Part shown: positions 8,593 to 18,227 of the stretch, in pieces | Position numbering within the stretch: the stretch's first letter is position 1 | Layout: the number at the start of each line of letters is the position of its first letter | Origin: Wolbachia endosymbiont of Cimex lectularius | GTDB lineage: Bacteria > Pseudomonadota > Alphaproteobacteria > Rickettsiales > Anaplasmataceae | Assembly: GCF_000829315.1 (NCBI RefSeq) | Contig: NZ_AP013028.1 | Location: 1,170,001 to 1,202,000 of the forward strand | DNA length: 32,000 nucleotides | Reading direction: 5' to 3' | Notes under the pieces: model-generated | Databases searched by the model: none | What the model was told of the DNA's origin: nothing | What the model saw: the letters and a program-made list of their open reading frames with translations, nothing else | Made by a program: the position numbers and the translations under genes

Positions 8593-8860
8593 CCTAGGTT
8601 CCAGTGTCAGCTACTTGGATGACAGAAGGGGGCACTTGGATGTACCCACAGACCTGTCATTCCAGCGCGTGACGCTGGGATCCAGGAAAGTTTGCTTGGC
8701 TTACAAGCAAACTAATTTTATGAGCATAGAAAGTAGCTAATCTTAATTTAAAACACAATATTTTAGTTATTATGGAAAGACTGGATCCCAGTGTCGAAGC
8801 ATTGGGATGACAAGGAAGGGGCTACTGGAATGACAGGGGGAGGGGTGCTGGAATGACACC
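8593..8860. repeat. Hairpin-repeat / MITE-like cluster (156-bp element at 8656..8811 flanked by solo hairpins and half-sites)
   Basis: The ends of 8656..8811 are imperfect ~30-bp inverted repeats (GTCATTCCAGCGCGTGACGCTGGGATCCAG versus the reverse complement GTCATCCCAATGCTTCGACACTGGGATCCAG). The internal ..TGAGCATAGAAAGTAGCT.. is shared with 19964..20107. Confidence 0.75.
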
Positions 8861-8988
8861 ATTGTTGACTGGCAAAACGGTATCTCTAATTTATCCTATT
8901 ACCATAGCAGTTATTAATGGCGTGTGCAAAAATATTGAGTATTAAAAGCTTTTAAAGTACAGTAACAATGTTAGTAATAGCACAATGT

Positions 8989-10266
8989 ATGCATGATATA
9001 GAGTATATACGCAAAAACCCTGAGGAGTTCGGGAAAGCGATGAAAAGTAGGGGAATTAAAAATTTTACTGTGGAAGAAATATTGGAAATCGATCATGAGA
9101 AAAGGTTATTAACCACTAAACTGCAAGATTTGAATAGGAAGCGCAATGAAATCACAGAAGAGATAAAGAAGCTCAAAATGAGCAAGAGCCCCTGTGAAAA
9201 TGAGGTAGAAGCGTCAAAAAACGTAATAAATGAGATAGAAGCAATCAGCTTAAAAGAGCAAACGGAGAAAGATAACTTAATGAATATCTTATCTAACTTA
9301 CCAAATATCCCTGCACAAAACGTGCCAATAGGTGAAGATGAGAGCTCCAACGTAGAAGTTAGAAAATGTGGAGAGAGAAGAAAATTTGATTTTGTGCCAA
9401 AGTCTCATTATGAGCTCGGAGAAGGGTTGGATTCGATGGATTTTGAGCAAGCAGCAAAAATCTCCGGGTCAAGATTTGCAGTATTGAAAGGACGGTTAGC
9501 TAAGCTTGGACGAGCATTAGTAAATTTTATGCTTGAAATGCATGTTAATGAATTTGGCTATACTGAAATATATCATCCGGCTTTGGTAAAGAATGAAGCG
9601 ATGTATAATGTTGGTCAGCTACCGAAATTTTCTGATGATTCATATTTAACTACCGACGAATTGAGATTGATTCCCACAGGTGAAGTGGTTTTAACAAATT
9701 TGGTTGCTGATAAAATAATAGAAGAAAAAGAACTGCCAGTTCGTTTTACTGCGTATTCGGAGTGTTTTCGTAAGGAGGCCGGCAGCGCAGGACGAGATAC
9801 GAGAGGCATGGTAAGGCAACATCAATTTTGTAAAGTGGAATTGGTGAGTATCACAACCGAAAACCAATCAAATGATGAACTTGAGCGCATGACAAGTGTT
9901 GCTGAAGAGATATTAAAACAGTTGGAGTTGCCATATAGGGTGATGCTGCTATGCAGTGGTGATATGGGCTTCGCCGCGCAGAAGACTTATGACATAGAGG
10001 TGTGGTTACCTGAGCAAAATAAATATAGAGAGATATCAAGTTGCTCAAATTGCGGTGCATTTCAGGCAAGAAGAATGAACACTAAATACTTTTTAGAGGC
10101 TGACAAGAAGGTGAAAAAATATGTTCACACTTTAAACGGCTCGGCTTTAGCTATAGGAAGAACGATTATTGCCATAATGGAGAATTATCAGAATCCTGAC
10201 GGGTCGATTACAATACCAAACGTGTTGCAAAAATATATGAGTAATGATACTGTTATAAGCAAATAA
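8989..10266 (+). CDS. serS: Seryl-tRNA synthetase
   Basis: N-terminal coiled-coil arm and class II motifs ([21 protein letters not shown]; [16 protein letters not shown]). The start is set at [12 protein letters not shown]; the upstream ATG at 8968 is also possible. Confidence 0.95.
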   Translation: MHDIEYIRKNPEEFGKAMKSRGIKNFTVEEILEIDHEKRLLTTKLQDLNRKRNEITEEIKKLKMSKSPCENEVEASKNVINEIEAISLKEQTEKDNLMNILSNLPNIPAQNVPIGEDESSNVEVRKCGERRKFDFVPKSHYELGEGLDSMDFEQAAKISGSRFAVLKGRLAKLGRALVNFMLEMHVNEFGYTEIYHPALVKNEAMYNVGQLPKFSDDSYLTTDELRLIPTGEVVLTNLVADKIIEEKELPVRFTAYSECFRKEAGSAGRDTRGMVRQHQFCKVELVSITTENQSNDELERMTSVAEEILKQLELPYRVMLLCSGDMGFAAQKTYDIEVWLPEQNKYREISSCSNCGAFQARRMNTKYFLEADKKVKKYVHTLNGSALAIGRTIIAIMENYQNPDGSITIPNVLQKYMSNDTVISK

Positions 10267-10301
10267 TAGTTTTAACATACAAAAAAGCGAGGAAATTAAA
10301 G

Positions 10302-11573
10302 ATGAAGGTTCTGGTTATAGGTTCTGGTGGGCGTGAGCATGCTTTACTTTGGGCTCTAAAAAAATCTCTTATCTTAACTGGGTTATATATCACTCCTGGC
10401 CGCCGAGCTATGGAAAATCTTGGGATTCTTGTGGATATAAATATCCAAAACTCAATTGATATTACACAATTTTGCAAGAGAGAAAGTATAGAATTAGTTG
10501 TTATTGGCCCAGAGCAACCAATAATCGATGGGCTTGCTGACAACCTAGTTGCAGAGGGAATAAATGTTTTTGCTCCAAGTCGGGCAGCTGCAAAGCTTGA
10601 GGCGTCAAAGTCTTTTACCAAGGGATTATGTAAACAATATGGTATACCAACTGCCAAGTATGAGTGTTTTGTCGATGAGGGATTAGCTAAAAACTTTGTA
10701 TGCAGCAATAAAATAAAATTTCCACTTGTAGTGAAAGCAAATGGAATCGCAGCAGGGAAAGGCGTAATAATATGCAACACAGAAAACGAAGCTTTTTCGG
10801 CGATAGATTCAATGTTGGTAGAGAAAAAATTTGGTGAATCAGGCGAAGAGATAGTCATAGAAGAATTTTTAGTTGGAGAGGAAGTAAGCTTTTTTGCTCT
10901 TGTTGACGGGTTGAAAGTTGCAACTCTTGGATGTGCAAAGGATTATAAAAGAGCTAATGAAAACAATGAAGGTCAAAATACCGGAGGTATGGGGGCATAC
11001 TCATCGCCTTCAATTATAAGTAAGGATATGGAACAAAAGATTATCCAAAGAATAATATATCCGACAATTCAAGCACTGACTAATATGGGAACACCCTATA
11101 AAGGAGTGCTCTTTGCTGGTTTGATGATTTGCAAGGATAGCCCTAAACTTCTTGAGTATAATGTTAGATTCGGTGACCCGGAGATACAATCTCTTTTGCC
11201 TAGATTTGATGAAAATTGTGACTTATTAAAATTAATGTTGTCAGTTGCAGAAGGAAAGTTGAGTGCCAAAACGGTGGAGCTTACTAACAAATCTACAGTT
11301 TGTGTAGTCGTTGCAAGTAAGGGTTATCCAGGTGATTATAAAACGGGAGAAATAATTAGAGGATTGGATAAAATTGAGAGTATTCCCGGTATACTGGTGT
11401 TTCATGCTGGTACTCAGTTGGATGAAAGCGGTAACTTAGTTTCCGCTGGCGGGAGAGTGCTCAATATAATAGGGGAAGGAAGCAGTATAGAAGAAGCTAA
11501 AAGTAAAGTGTACTCGGCACTGAACTTTTTAGAATGGCCAGGGGGTTTCTTTAGATACGATATTGGTAGTTAA
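10302..11573 (+). CDS. purD: Phosphoribosylamine--glycine ligase
   Basis: MKVLVIGSGGREHAL N-terminus, an ATP-grasp core and a C-terminal GNLVSAGGRVL motif. Confidence 0.95.
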   Translation: MKVLVIGSGGREHALLWALKKSLILTGLYITPGRRAMENLGILVDINIQNSIDITQFCKRESIELVVIGPEQPIIDGLADNLVAEGINVFAPSRAAAKLEASKSFTKGLCKQYGIPTAKYECFVDEGLAKNFVCSNKIKFPLVVKANGIAAGKGVIICNTENEAFSAIDSMLVEKKFGESGEEIVIEEFLVGEEVSFFALVDGLKVATLGCAKDYKRANENNEGQNTGGMGAYSSPSIISKDMEQKIIQRIIYPTIQALTNMGTPYKGVLFAGLMICKDSPKLLEYNVRFGDPEIQSLLPRFDENCDLLKLMLSVAEGKLSAKTVELTNKSTVCVVVASKGYPGDYKTGEIIRGLDKIESIPGILVFHAGTQLDESGNLVSAGGRVLNIIGEGSSIEEAKSKVYSALNFLEWPGGFFRYDIGS

Positions 11574-11672
11574 CATTAGCTACCTAAGTGTCTGGAATTT
11601 TAAGTCGTCCTTCTTAAAGATATTTTAGTATACTAGATGTATTATTGGGATAATAATAGAACTGGGAGGTTT

Positions 11673-12203
11673 ATGGAAACGTCTGAATTAACTTTACTCG
11701 ACTTGCAAAACTTTCTTGGCAGTTTAAAGAATCATGTGCGCAGTGAAGTAGAAAAATATGTAGATAAAAGAGCAGAGGAAGTTAAAAACGAGGTTGTAAC
11801 ATATATAGTATACAAGGTGTTAAATAACATGTTAGGCAACAAACCGCCAGTTACATCCGAAGTGAATAAATCTGACGAAGTTATACAAGTTGATGACGAT
11901 GGCTTAACGCAAAATGAAGAAGTTATCAAAGCTCTCTTTATAGGGAAAACACTTGTATGGGATCGCCCAAATAGTGGTCAGAAATACGAAGTTAGAGTTG
12001 AGGGAGTGGATAAGTTTGTAGACAACAAAACTGGAAAAGTGATTGAGGCTAAGTCTTTATCCAAAGCATGTATAATACTGGCTGGTGGTGGAAGCTATAA
12101 TGGTTGGGACTGCTTCAAGGTATGCCTTAACCCTGAAGAAGGACTAAGAACTCTGAGCTACCACCGTGCAAAGTTTCTGTCAGCTCAAAATAGTAACGTT
12201 TAA
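11673..12203 (+). CDS. Hypothetical protein with a C-terminal RAMA/DUF4357-like domain
   Basis: The C-terminal region GKTLVWDRPNSGQKYEVRVEG..KTGKVIEAKSLSKACIILAGGGSYNGWDCFKV matches the G..y.A.v..G....y.SpSaAA....g...NGW..W pattern. The start is ATG 11673 (GGGAGG upstream) or ATG 11637. Confidence 0.55.
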   Translation: METSELTLLDLQNFLGSLKNHVRSEVEKYVDKRAEEVKNEVVTYIVYKVLNNMLGNKPPVTSEVNKSDEVIQVDDDGLTQNEEVIKALFIGKTLVWDRPNSGQKYEVRVEGVDKFVDNKTGKVIEAKSLSKACIILAGGGSYNGWDCFKVCLNPEEGLRTLSYHRAKFLSAQNSNV

Positions 12204-12297
12204 GCTACATATTAAAGCATTTAAAGAGGTCTTAGTTTACTTGCTCCATTATTTTCTTTATTATCAGAAATTGCTTTAAATAATATGGAGGAGCACA

Positions 12298-13860
12298 TTG
12301 TCAGCAATTGCTATTATTGATTTTGGTTCACAGTTTACACAGCTTATAGCAAGACAAATAAGGGAAATGAGCGTTTATTGTGAGATATTCCCAAGCAACA
12401 TCAGTTTTGAAACAATATCGAAGTTCAACGGATTTATTTTCTCTGGAGGACCACAATCCGTAAATGACAGTTGTACTGAGGCAAGTGAAGTAGTGCATGA
12501 AATTATAAAACTTAATGAGGCAACAAACGTTCCTATACTTGGGATATGCTACGGACAGCAACTCATTTGTCATTATTTTGGGGCAAAAGTAAAAAAGGAA
12601 TTCAAACAAGAATTTGGTAGAACTAAGATCAAAATACTAGAAGAGTCTCCCATTATAAAGGATACGTGGGAAGTCAATTCCGAAGTGGATGTGCTGATGA
12701 ATCACGCAGACAGTGTTGAAACTATACCGCAGGGATTTACTGTTATTGCATCGGGTGTGATAAATCAAACAATCGCAATAATTGCCAACGAGCAGCGGAG
12801 GATTTACTGTACTCAATTTCATCCTGAAGTGAGGCCCACAACAAATGGCAGCAAATTGCTCTCTAATTTCTTGGATATTGCAAATTGTGAAAGAGACTGG
12901 ACAATGAAGTCACTTGTTGAAAAGCAGAAGGAAAAAATCAAAAACTTGGTAGGGAAGAGAAAGGTAATTGCCGCAGTAAGTGGTGGTGTTGATTCAAGTG
13001 TTGCAGCAACTCTCACATATAAAGCTATAGGAAAACAATTGAACTGTATTTTTATCGACACTGGGTTATTACGCAAAGACCAAACTATTGCTATGTTGCA
13101 AGAGATTCCGATAAACTACATTGACAGATCAAACTTATTTTTGAGTAGGTTAAAGGGAATAACTGATCCGGAAGAAAAGCGAAAGATTATCGGCAATACT
13201 TTCATTGAAGTGTTTGAAGAAGAGGCGAAAAAAATAGGTGATGTGGATTTTTTAATGCAAGGCACCATCTACTCCGATGTAGTTGAGTCAGGGCACGCTT
13301 CGAGAAATACTAGTACAATTAAATCTCATCACAATGTTGGTGGATTGCCGGAAAAGATGAATCTGAAGCTAGTAGAACCTTTACGCTACCTCTTTAAAGA
13401 TGAAGTAAGGCTGCTTGGAAAAGAAATTGGTCTTTCAGACGAGATAATATTTCAACATCCGTTTCCTGGACCTGGACTTGCAGTGAGAATCATAGGTGAA
13501 GTGGATGAAGAAAAGGTGCGAATATTGCAAGAGGTAGATGAAATATATATCAATACAATGAAAAATTACGATCTGTATGATAAGATATGGCAGGCTTTTG
13601 CTGTACTGTTACCAATAAAAACTGTGGGGGTTATGGGAGATAACCGCACATATGGATATGTTTGTGCTTTGAGAGCTGTAACATCGTCTGACGGTATGAC
13701 GGCTGATGCATTTCCGTTTGAGAATAAGAATCAACATTCATTAGTATTTTGGGATTTTCTGCAGAACGTTAGTAGCATAATCGTTAACAACGTTTCCAGA
13801 GTAAATAGAGTTGTATATGACTTAACTTCCAAACCACCAGCAACTATTGAGTGGGAGTAA
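12298..13860 (+). CDS. guaA: GMP synthase (glutamine-hydrolysing)
   Basis: GATase-1 domain ([12 protein letters not shown]), ATP-pyrophosphatase loop SGGVDSS, and a C-terminus ending in [11 protein letters not shown] start. Confidence 0.95.
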   Translation: MSAIAIIDFGSQFTQLIARQIREMSVYCEIFPSNISFETISKFNGFIFSGGPQSVNDSCTEASEVVHEIIKLNEATNVPILGICYGQQLICHYFGAKVKKEFKQEFGRTKIKILEESPIIKDTWEVNSEVDVLMNHADSVETIPQGFTVIASGVINQTIAIIANEQRRIYCTQFHPEVRPTTNGSKLLSNFLDIANCERDWTMKSLVEKQKEKIKNLVGKRKVIAAVSGGVDSSVAATLTYKAIGKQLNCIFIDTGLLRKDQTIAMLQEIPINYIDRSNLFLSRLKGITDPEEKRKIIGNTFIEVFEEEAKKIGDVDFLMQGTIYSDVVESGHASRNTSTIKSHHNVGGLPEKMNLKLVEPLRYLFKDEVRLLGKEIGLSDEIIFQHPFPGPGLAVRIIGEVDEEKVRILQEVDEIYINTMKNYDLYDKIWQAFAVLLPIKTVGVMGDNRTYGYVCALRAVTSSDGMTADAFPFENKNQHSLVFWDFLQNVSSIIVNNVSRVNRVVYDLTSKPPATIEWE

Positions 13861-13867
13861 TCATGAG

Positions 13868-13889
13868 CCAGTGCTCCGACACTGGTTTT
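13868..13889 (+). terminator. Putative intrinsic terminator after guaA
   Basis: CCAGTG-ctccga-CACTGG stem-loop followed by TTTT, starting 8 nt after the guaA stop. Confidence 0.55.
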
Positions 13890-13904
13890 CTAAGCCACAA
13901 GAGC

Positions 13905-13980
13905 CATAAAAACTACTGACAAATTCTTTCAGTTCCCTTATCATAGTATTGAGGCTATTTATCTTCGCAATCTCTGCAGT
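13905..13980 (+). repeat. Promoter-bearing repeat, copy C (promoter and 5' leader only)
   Basis: AAAAACTAC-CTGACA(13916..13921)-17 nt-TATCAT(13939..13944), then AGTATTGAGGCTATTTATCTTCGCAATCTCTGCAG. This aligns with 54..100 of copy A. Confidence 0.75.
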
Positions 13981-14076
13981 GGATTGTATAGTCTAGTTTT
14001 CTGCTAGTTTTATTATTATAAAATTAATATCTCTAACCTTATAATTTTATTAGTTAATAGGTTTAGAGGTAAAAAA

Positions 14077-14907
14077 ATGAATACTACAGTAGAAAAAAAT
14101 AATCCAAAAATTTTTCCTAAAAATGAACACTCAAAAGGCATAGTTGCCCCACCTGTTCCTCCGAAGTCTCACTAAACCAAATTTGCAAGAATAAAAGCAA
14201 TTTTTGAGCAAAATGCGTCTCATTTTCAAGTAAATGATAGTAATACAGTGAGTAGCAATCTTGGGAAAACATTTGGTCCGACAATGCGAAAACTTATGGA
14301 AGATGGCGATATTAACATTCATGTAAGCGCTAGCACTCCCAGCAAACAACGCCGCAACTCGGGGGATAGTGGTGTATCTTCATGCAGTGATGTTAGTGGT
14401 CGCACTTCTGATGATGAAGATAGAGTGATAGAAGAGAAAATGAAAGATACGTTTCCAAAACTACCAGCATGTGCATATAAGCTGGCGCTGTTTCCAAAAC
14501 CATCAAAAGAGAAAATAAACGAACTTCTAAGCAAAAATAGCTACAAAGCTTTAACTTCTACACCAGCTCAAAGTATTAGTAGAAAAAGCACTCCTATTTG
14601 GAGTCCACTTAACCATAATACAGTTTGCATAGGTAAGAAGCCATTCAATTTGGAGAATAGTATGTCAAGTAGTTCGTCTTCGTGTAGTGAAAAAAGCAAT
14701 ATTTCAGATATAAGCGATAAGTCTAATAATTCTAACATTGTCAGATGTAATATTACTAGGAGTAACACTAAATAAGACCTTCGTAAACCTGATGCTTCAT
14801 ATAAACAGGATCCTTCATCAGGAGTTTCTGAAGTGAACGTGGATTATATAAGAAATAGAGTAAAGAAATTAATTGATCAATTTGAACAGAGTGGCCGTAG
14901 CTGCTAA
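14077..14907 (+). pseudogene. Disordered Ser/Pro-rich effector-like gene interrupted by two in-frame TAA codons (14173..14175 and 14773..14775)
   Basis: ATG 14077 has GAGG 8 nt upstream and the copy-C promoter ~130 nt upstream. A single frame runs to TAA 14905..14907 apart from the two TAA codons. The ORF track shows only the middle part (14248..14775). Confidence 0.6.
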
Positions 14908-14914
14908 GTGTTTT

Positions 14915-14941
14915 CCCTGCCTTTGTACCCCAAAGGCAGGG
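14915..14941. terminator. Perfect 11-bp stem-loop between convergent genes (possible bidirectional terminator; no clear U-tract)
   Basis: CCCTGCCTTTG-taccc-CAAAGGCAGGG, located between the stop at 14907 (+) and the stop at 14948 (-). Confidence 0.45.
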
Positions 14942-14947
14942 CTGTTC

Positions 14948-16185
14948 TTAAAATAGCATGTTCCTTACTTGCTTCACAGCATTACTAGCCTTTGATTTTT
15001 CGTCTGTGAAAGCAGCATTAAGAGAGATTTTGAGTCTTTCCCATTCTTCTTGGCCATTCGTGCGAGCTGGAATTAAAGATTTATATTCATTTTCAATTTT
15101 TTCTAGTGCCTTCTGATATGAAGAACCTAGTTCCTCATACGTATCAATATCTACCGATCGTAGTATTACCAAAAATGAAAACAGATTTGGAGCGGGTAAT
15201 TCTTCCTTTGTGTAATTCAAAAGACATAGTTCTATTTTTTTCACACAGTATTTTATTGTTTCTAACGATAGTGAAAGACTTTCTGCATAGAATATAAAAC
15301 TATCTATAATTGAGCTTTTTGATTTTTTCGGTAGTTTGATATTTTGAAACAATGCTTTTGTAAATTTCTTTATCGATTGTTTTGGCAAATGTAAGGAGAG
15401 ATCAGTAAAAGACTTTAAGTCAAAATTTGATCCAAGTACTGTGCTAATAGCTTTATATACGTTACTCTTATCTCTACTGACAGAAATGACAAAAACGAGC
15501 CCCTCTATATCAAGCATATATTTTATAGATTCCAAAAAATTAACAATACAATTAGGACGGCATATATCAAGATCATCCACCATTATATAGATATTTTTGC
15601 CTTTTCTGATTCTATTAATTAATCTTGTTAATTGTGCTTTAAAATCCTTAATATTTTCTTTTCTTTTTTGGAGGATATTTAACTCTCTCAATATACAATC
15701 AATATCTTTTTTGTCAGCCTCTTTTGCAGCATCAAGAAATACAGAAAGCATAGCAAGTGGGGATTTACTAATGAGCTTCCCTAGTGTATTGAATGAAAAC
15801 AGTTCCTGGTTTACGTTCTTGAACCGTTGTATAACGCTCTTTTTTATTTCATAAGATGCTAATAAATCTTCAAATAGAGAATTTAAAAAAGAGGGCAGTG
15901 ATAAGCCCAATGCACTGATATCCCATGCGCTATAATAAGCTGCAATTTCGTTTTGTTGCTTTAACTCTTTTACCCACTCTTTCAGAAAAACGTCTTGCCC
16001 CATCCGTCATATCCTTCTAAAGATATCATTGTAAAAGACTGATCGATTGTTTTAACTATAGTGCTGAACTTGCCTGAAAATTGCTTGTAGTTTAGGAGGT
16101 CATTTTCCCAAGCTACCACTTTAGATGGCGACACTGCTTCTTTTTTTCTGAAGGTTATTAGCGATATAAGTTTTCTTAAGCACAT
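14948..16185 (-). pseudogene. KAP-family P-loop NTPase, split by a 1-nt frameshift in an A5 run (15986..15990)
   Basis: The upstream ORF ends ..SLEGYDGWGKTFF* (Walker A GxxxxGKT). The downstream ORF continues FLKEWVKEL.. in the other frame; one extra base in the run restores GWGKTFFLKEW. A Walker B-like IYIMVDDLDICRP follows. Confidence 0.7.
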
Positions 16186-16188
16186 ACC

Positions 16189-16794
16189 TTATTTTATGTT
16201 CAATTCGTATTCTTGTCTTGAGGTAAGAGCTGCTTTTAGCGTTCCTTCATCTAGGTAGTCAATTTCTCCACCCATTGGTATGCCGCAAGCGAGGCGTGAT
16301 ATTTTCACATCTAAGTTTTTTAGTAATTCAATTATATACTGTACAGTAACTTGACCCTCTAATGTTGGATTAATTGCGATAATGATCTCTTCAATTTTAT
16401 ACTCTGCGACTCTTTTAGGGATAGTACCAAGGTTAAGTTCTTTTGGACCTACACCGTTTATTGCAGACAACTTACCACCTAAAACGTGGTACATACCTGA
16501 ATATATACTACCTTTCTCAAACGCCCATAAATCACCTAATTCTTCTACTATGCACATTAACTTGTTGTCACGTTTTGGATCAGTACAAATAGAACAAGGT
16601 GATTTAGCATCAAGATTTCCGCAAACTTTACACTCTATTATAAGGTCCGCTAGCTCTTTGATTAAAGATGCAAGTGGTAGCATAACTTTCTCCTTATTTT
16701 GTAGTAAATGTATGGCTAACCTTCTTGATGATGATGGCCCTAAACTTGGCAATTTAGAAAAAGCATGAACTAAATTTTTTATTTTAATGTTCAT
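16189..16794 (-). CDS. recR: Recombination protein RecR
   Basis: 201-aa ORF with a helix-hairpin-helix N-terminus, a Cys4 finger (CKVCGNL..CSICTD) and a Toprim domain. Confidence 0.95.
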   Translation of the reverse strand: MNIKIKNLVHAFSKLPSLGPSSSRRLAIHLLQNKEKVMLPLASLIKELADLIIECKVCGNLDAKSPCSICTDPKRDNKLMCIVEELGDLWAFEKGSIYSGMYHVLGGKLSAINGVGPKELNLGTIPKRVAEYKIEEIIIAINPTLEGQVTVQYIIELLKNLDVKISRLACGIPMGGEIDYLDEGTLKAALTSRQEYELNIK

Positions 16795-16983
16795 TCAATA
16801 AATTCAGAATAGGCCATCAAAATAGTAACATCAAACCCTTTATATAGGAAGTAGTAAATTTCTCTCATCTCACTTTAGGTTAGCTATAAAAGAAATTTTT
16901 TACTCTATGAGGATTTATAGATAACATTTACTAGATTTTAACTTTTAGGTCTATATTTTAATAAATATTGGGTAATAATTAAT

Positions 16984-17313
16984 ATGGATGATCCATTTAA
17001 GAGTGGCAATTATAACAAGAATCTCAGTTCTTTGATACAAGTTATAAAGCTGAAAGATACAAAAAAAATTGATAAACAATATAATGAAACGGTAAGAGAT
17101 TTCTCTCAAGCTCTGAAGGATTTTACAAACAAAGCAGAAGATGTAGCTAGGTTTGTTATATATACTGACTTGAATAATTATGTAGAACCGGTGGATAAAA
17201 AGCCATTAGGCCTTTTTGGAGCATTAAAGAGAATATGGCTAGGGAAAGATGTTCCGGTTAAGAATGACAACATAAGAACCTGTTTAAAATCTTGGAAATG
17301 TGAGGTAAAGTAA
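16984..17313 (+). CDS. Hypothetical protein whose last 11 codons and stop are supplied by the IS end
   Basis: The ORF runs into the IS at 17276. Removing the IS and one TAA copy gives ..DNIRNI* with a stop at 18148..18150. No recognisable domain or SD. Confidence 0.4.
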   Translation: MDDPFKSGNYNKNLSSLIQVIKLKDTKKIDKQYNETVRDFSQALKDFTNKAEDVARFVIYTDLNNYVEPVDKKPLGLFGALKRIWLGKDVPVKNDNIRTCLKSWKCEVK

Positions 17314-18136
17314 GCATAGATTAATAATGAGGTGTCTATGCAGAAAAGTTATCCAAGTAATATAAGTCAAGAGCAGTTTGAAAAAATCAGGCCAATTTTG
17401 GAGAGTAGCAAGCAGAAAACAAAACCAAGAAAACTTGATTTGTATGACGTATTTTGTGGGGTGTTGTACGTCTTAAAAAGTGGTTGTCAGTGGAGGATGT
17501 TACCAAAGGGTTTTCCAAGATGGGAAAGCGTATATTACTATTTTCGAGTGTGGAGTAAAAAGAATGGAGAAGAGCCAAGCTTGTTGGAATTAGTCTTAAA
17601 AAAAATTAGTTGGAGAGGTCCGTATCAGCAATGGTCGGAAAGAGAAAACTAGCTTTTGTATAATTGATTCTCAAAGCGTTAAAAACGCAGATACTGCTGA
17701 AAAAAAAAGGCTATGATGCAGGTAAAAAGATTTCAGGGATAAAGCGCCATATTGCAGTTGATACACAAGGTTTGCCACATGCAATTTATGTAACAACGGC
17801 AGAAGCAACTGACCGTAGCAGTGCTGTGAAAATGGTCGAAAATGCTAAAGCAAACCTCTCTGAAGTTAAAAACATACTGGTTGATGCTGGCTACACAGGA
17901 GAAAATTTTGCAACACAAATAAAAGCTATCATTGGTGCGACTGTTGAAGTAATAAAGCGAAGTGAGTTACACACTTTCGTCGTATTGCCAAAAAGATGGG
18001 TTGTTGAACGCTCTTTTGCCTGGTTAGAAAAGTGCAGGCGATTGTGGAAAAATTGCGAGCGGAAGCTCAACACTAGCTTACAGATGATAGTCCTCTCCTT
18101 CATTTCTCTCCTGTTACGAAGATTTTAAACAGGTTC
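17276..18136 (+). mobile_element. Complete IS5-family insertion sequence (ISWpi-like), 861 bp, with a TAA target-site duplication
   Basis: Terminal inverted repeats GAACCTGTTTAAAATCTT (17276..) and AAGATTTTAAACAGGTTC (..18136). It is flanked by TAA at 17273..17275 and 18137..18139, and carries an internal DDE transposase. Confidence 0.9.
17332..18128 (+). CDS. IS5-family DDE transposase, encoded in three successive frames joined at A8 (17598..17605) and A9 (17700..17708) runs
   Basis: Frame 1 encodes ..CGVLYVLKSGCQWRMLPKGFP... Frame 2 encodes KKLVGEVRISNGRKEKTSFCIIDSQSVKNADTAEKK. Frame 0 encodes GYDAGKKISGIKRHIAVDTQG..LVDAGYTGENF..KRWVVERSFAWL. Confidence 0.85.
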
Positions 18137-18227
18137 TAAGGAACATATAGAAGCAAAAAGAGCAAATAAACAGCAGCAACAATCTAAACCTACAATACTT
18201 CCAAAGCCTAAAAGTGCTGATCAACAA

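Noticed and set aside
501-8860. CRISPR array interpretation of the recurring palindromic repeats
   Set aside because: The repeats are irregularly spaced, variable in sequence and orientation, and dispersed over many loci. They have no unique spacers of uniform length and no cas genes.
10253-10858. 201-aa ORF antisense to purD
   Set aside because: It lies entirely within, and opposite to, a well-supported purD CDS, and its composition (Ser/Phe/Ile-rich) is typical of antisense frames.
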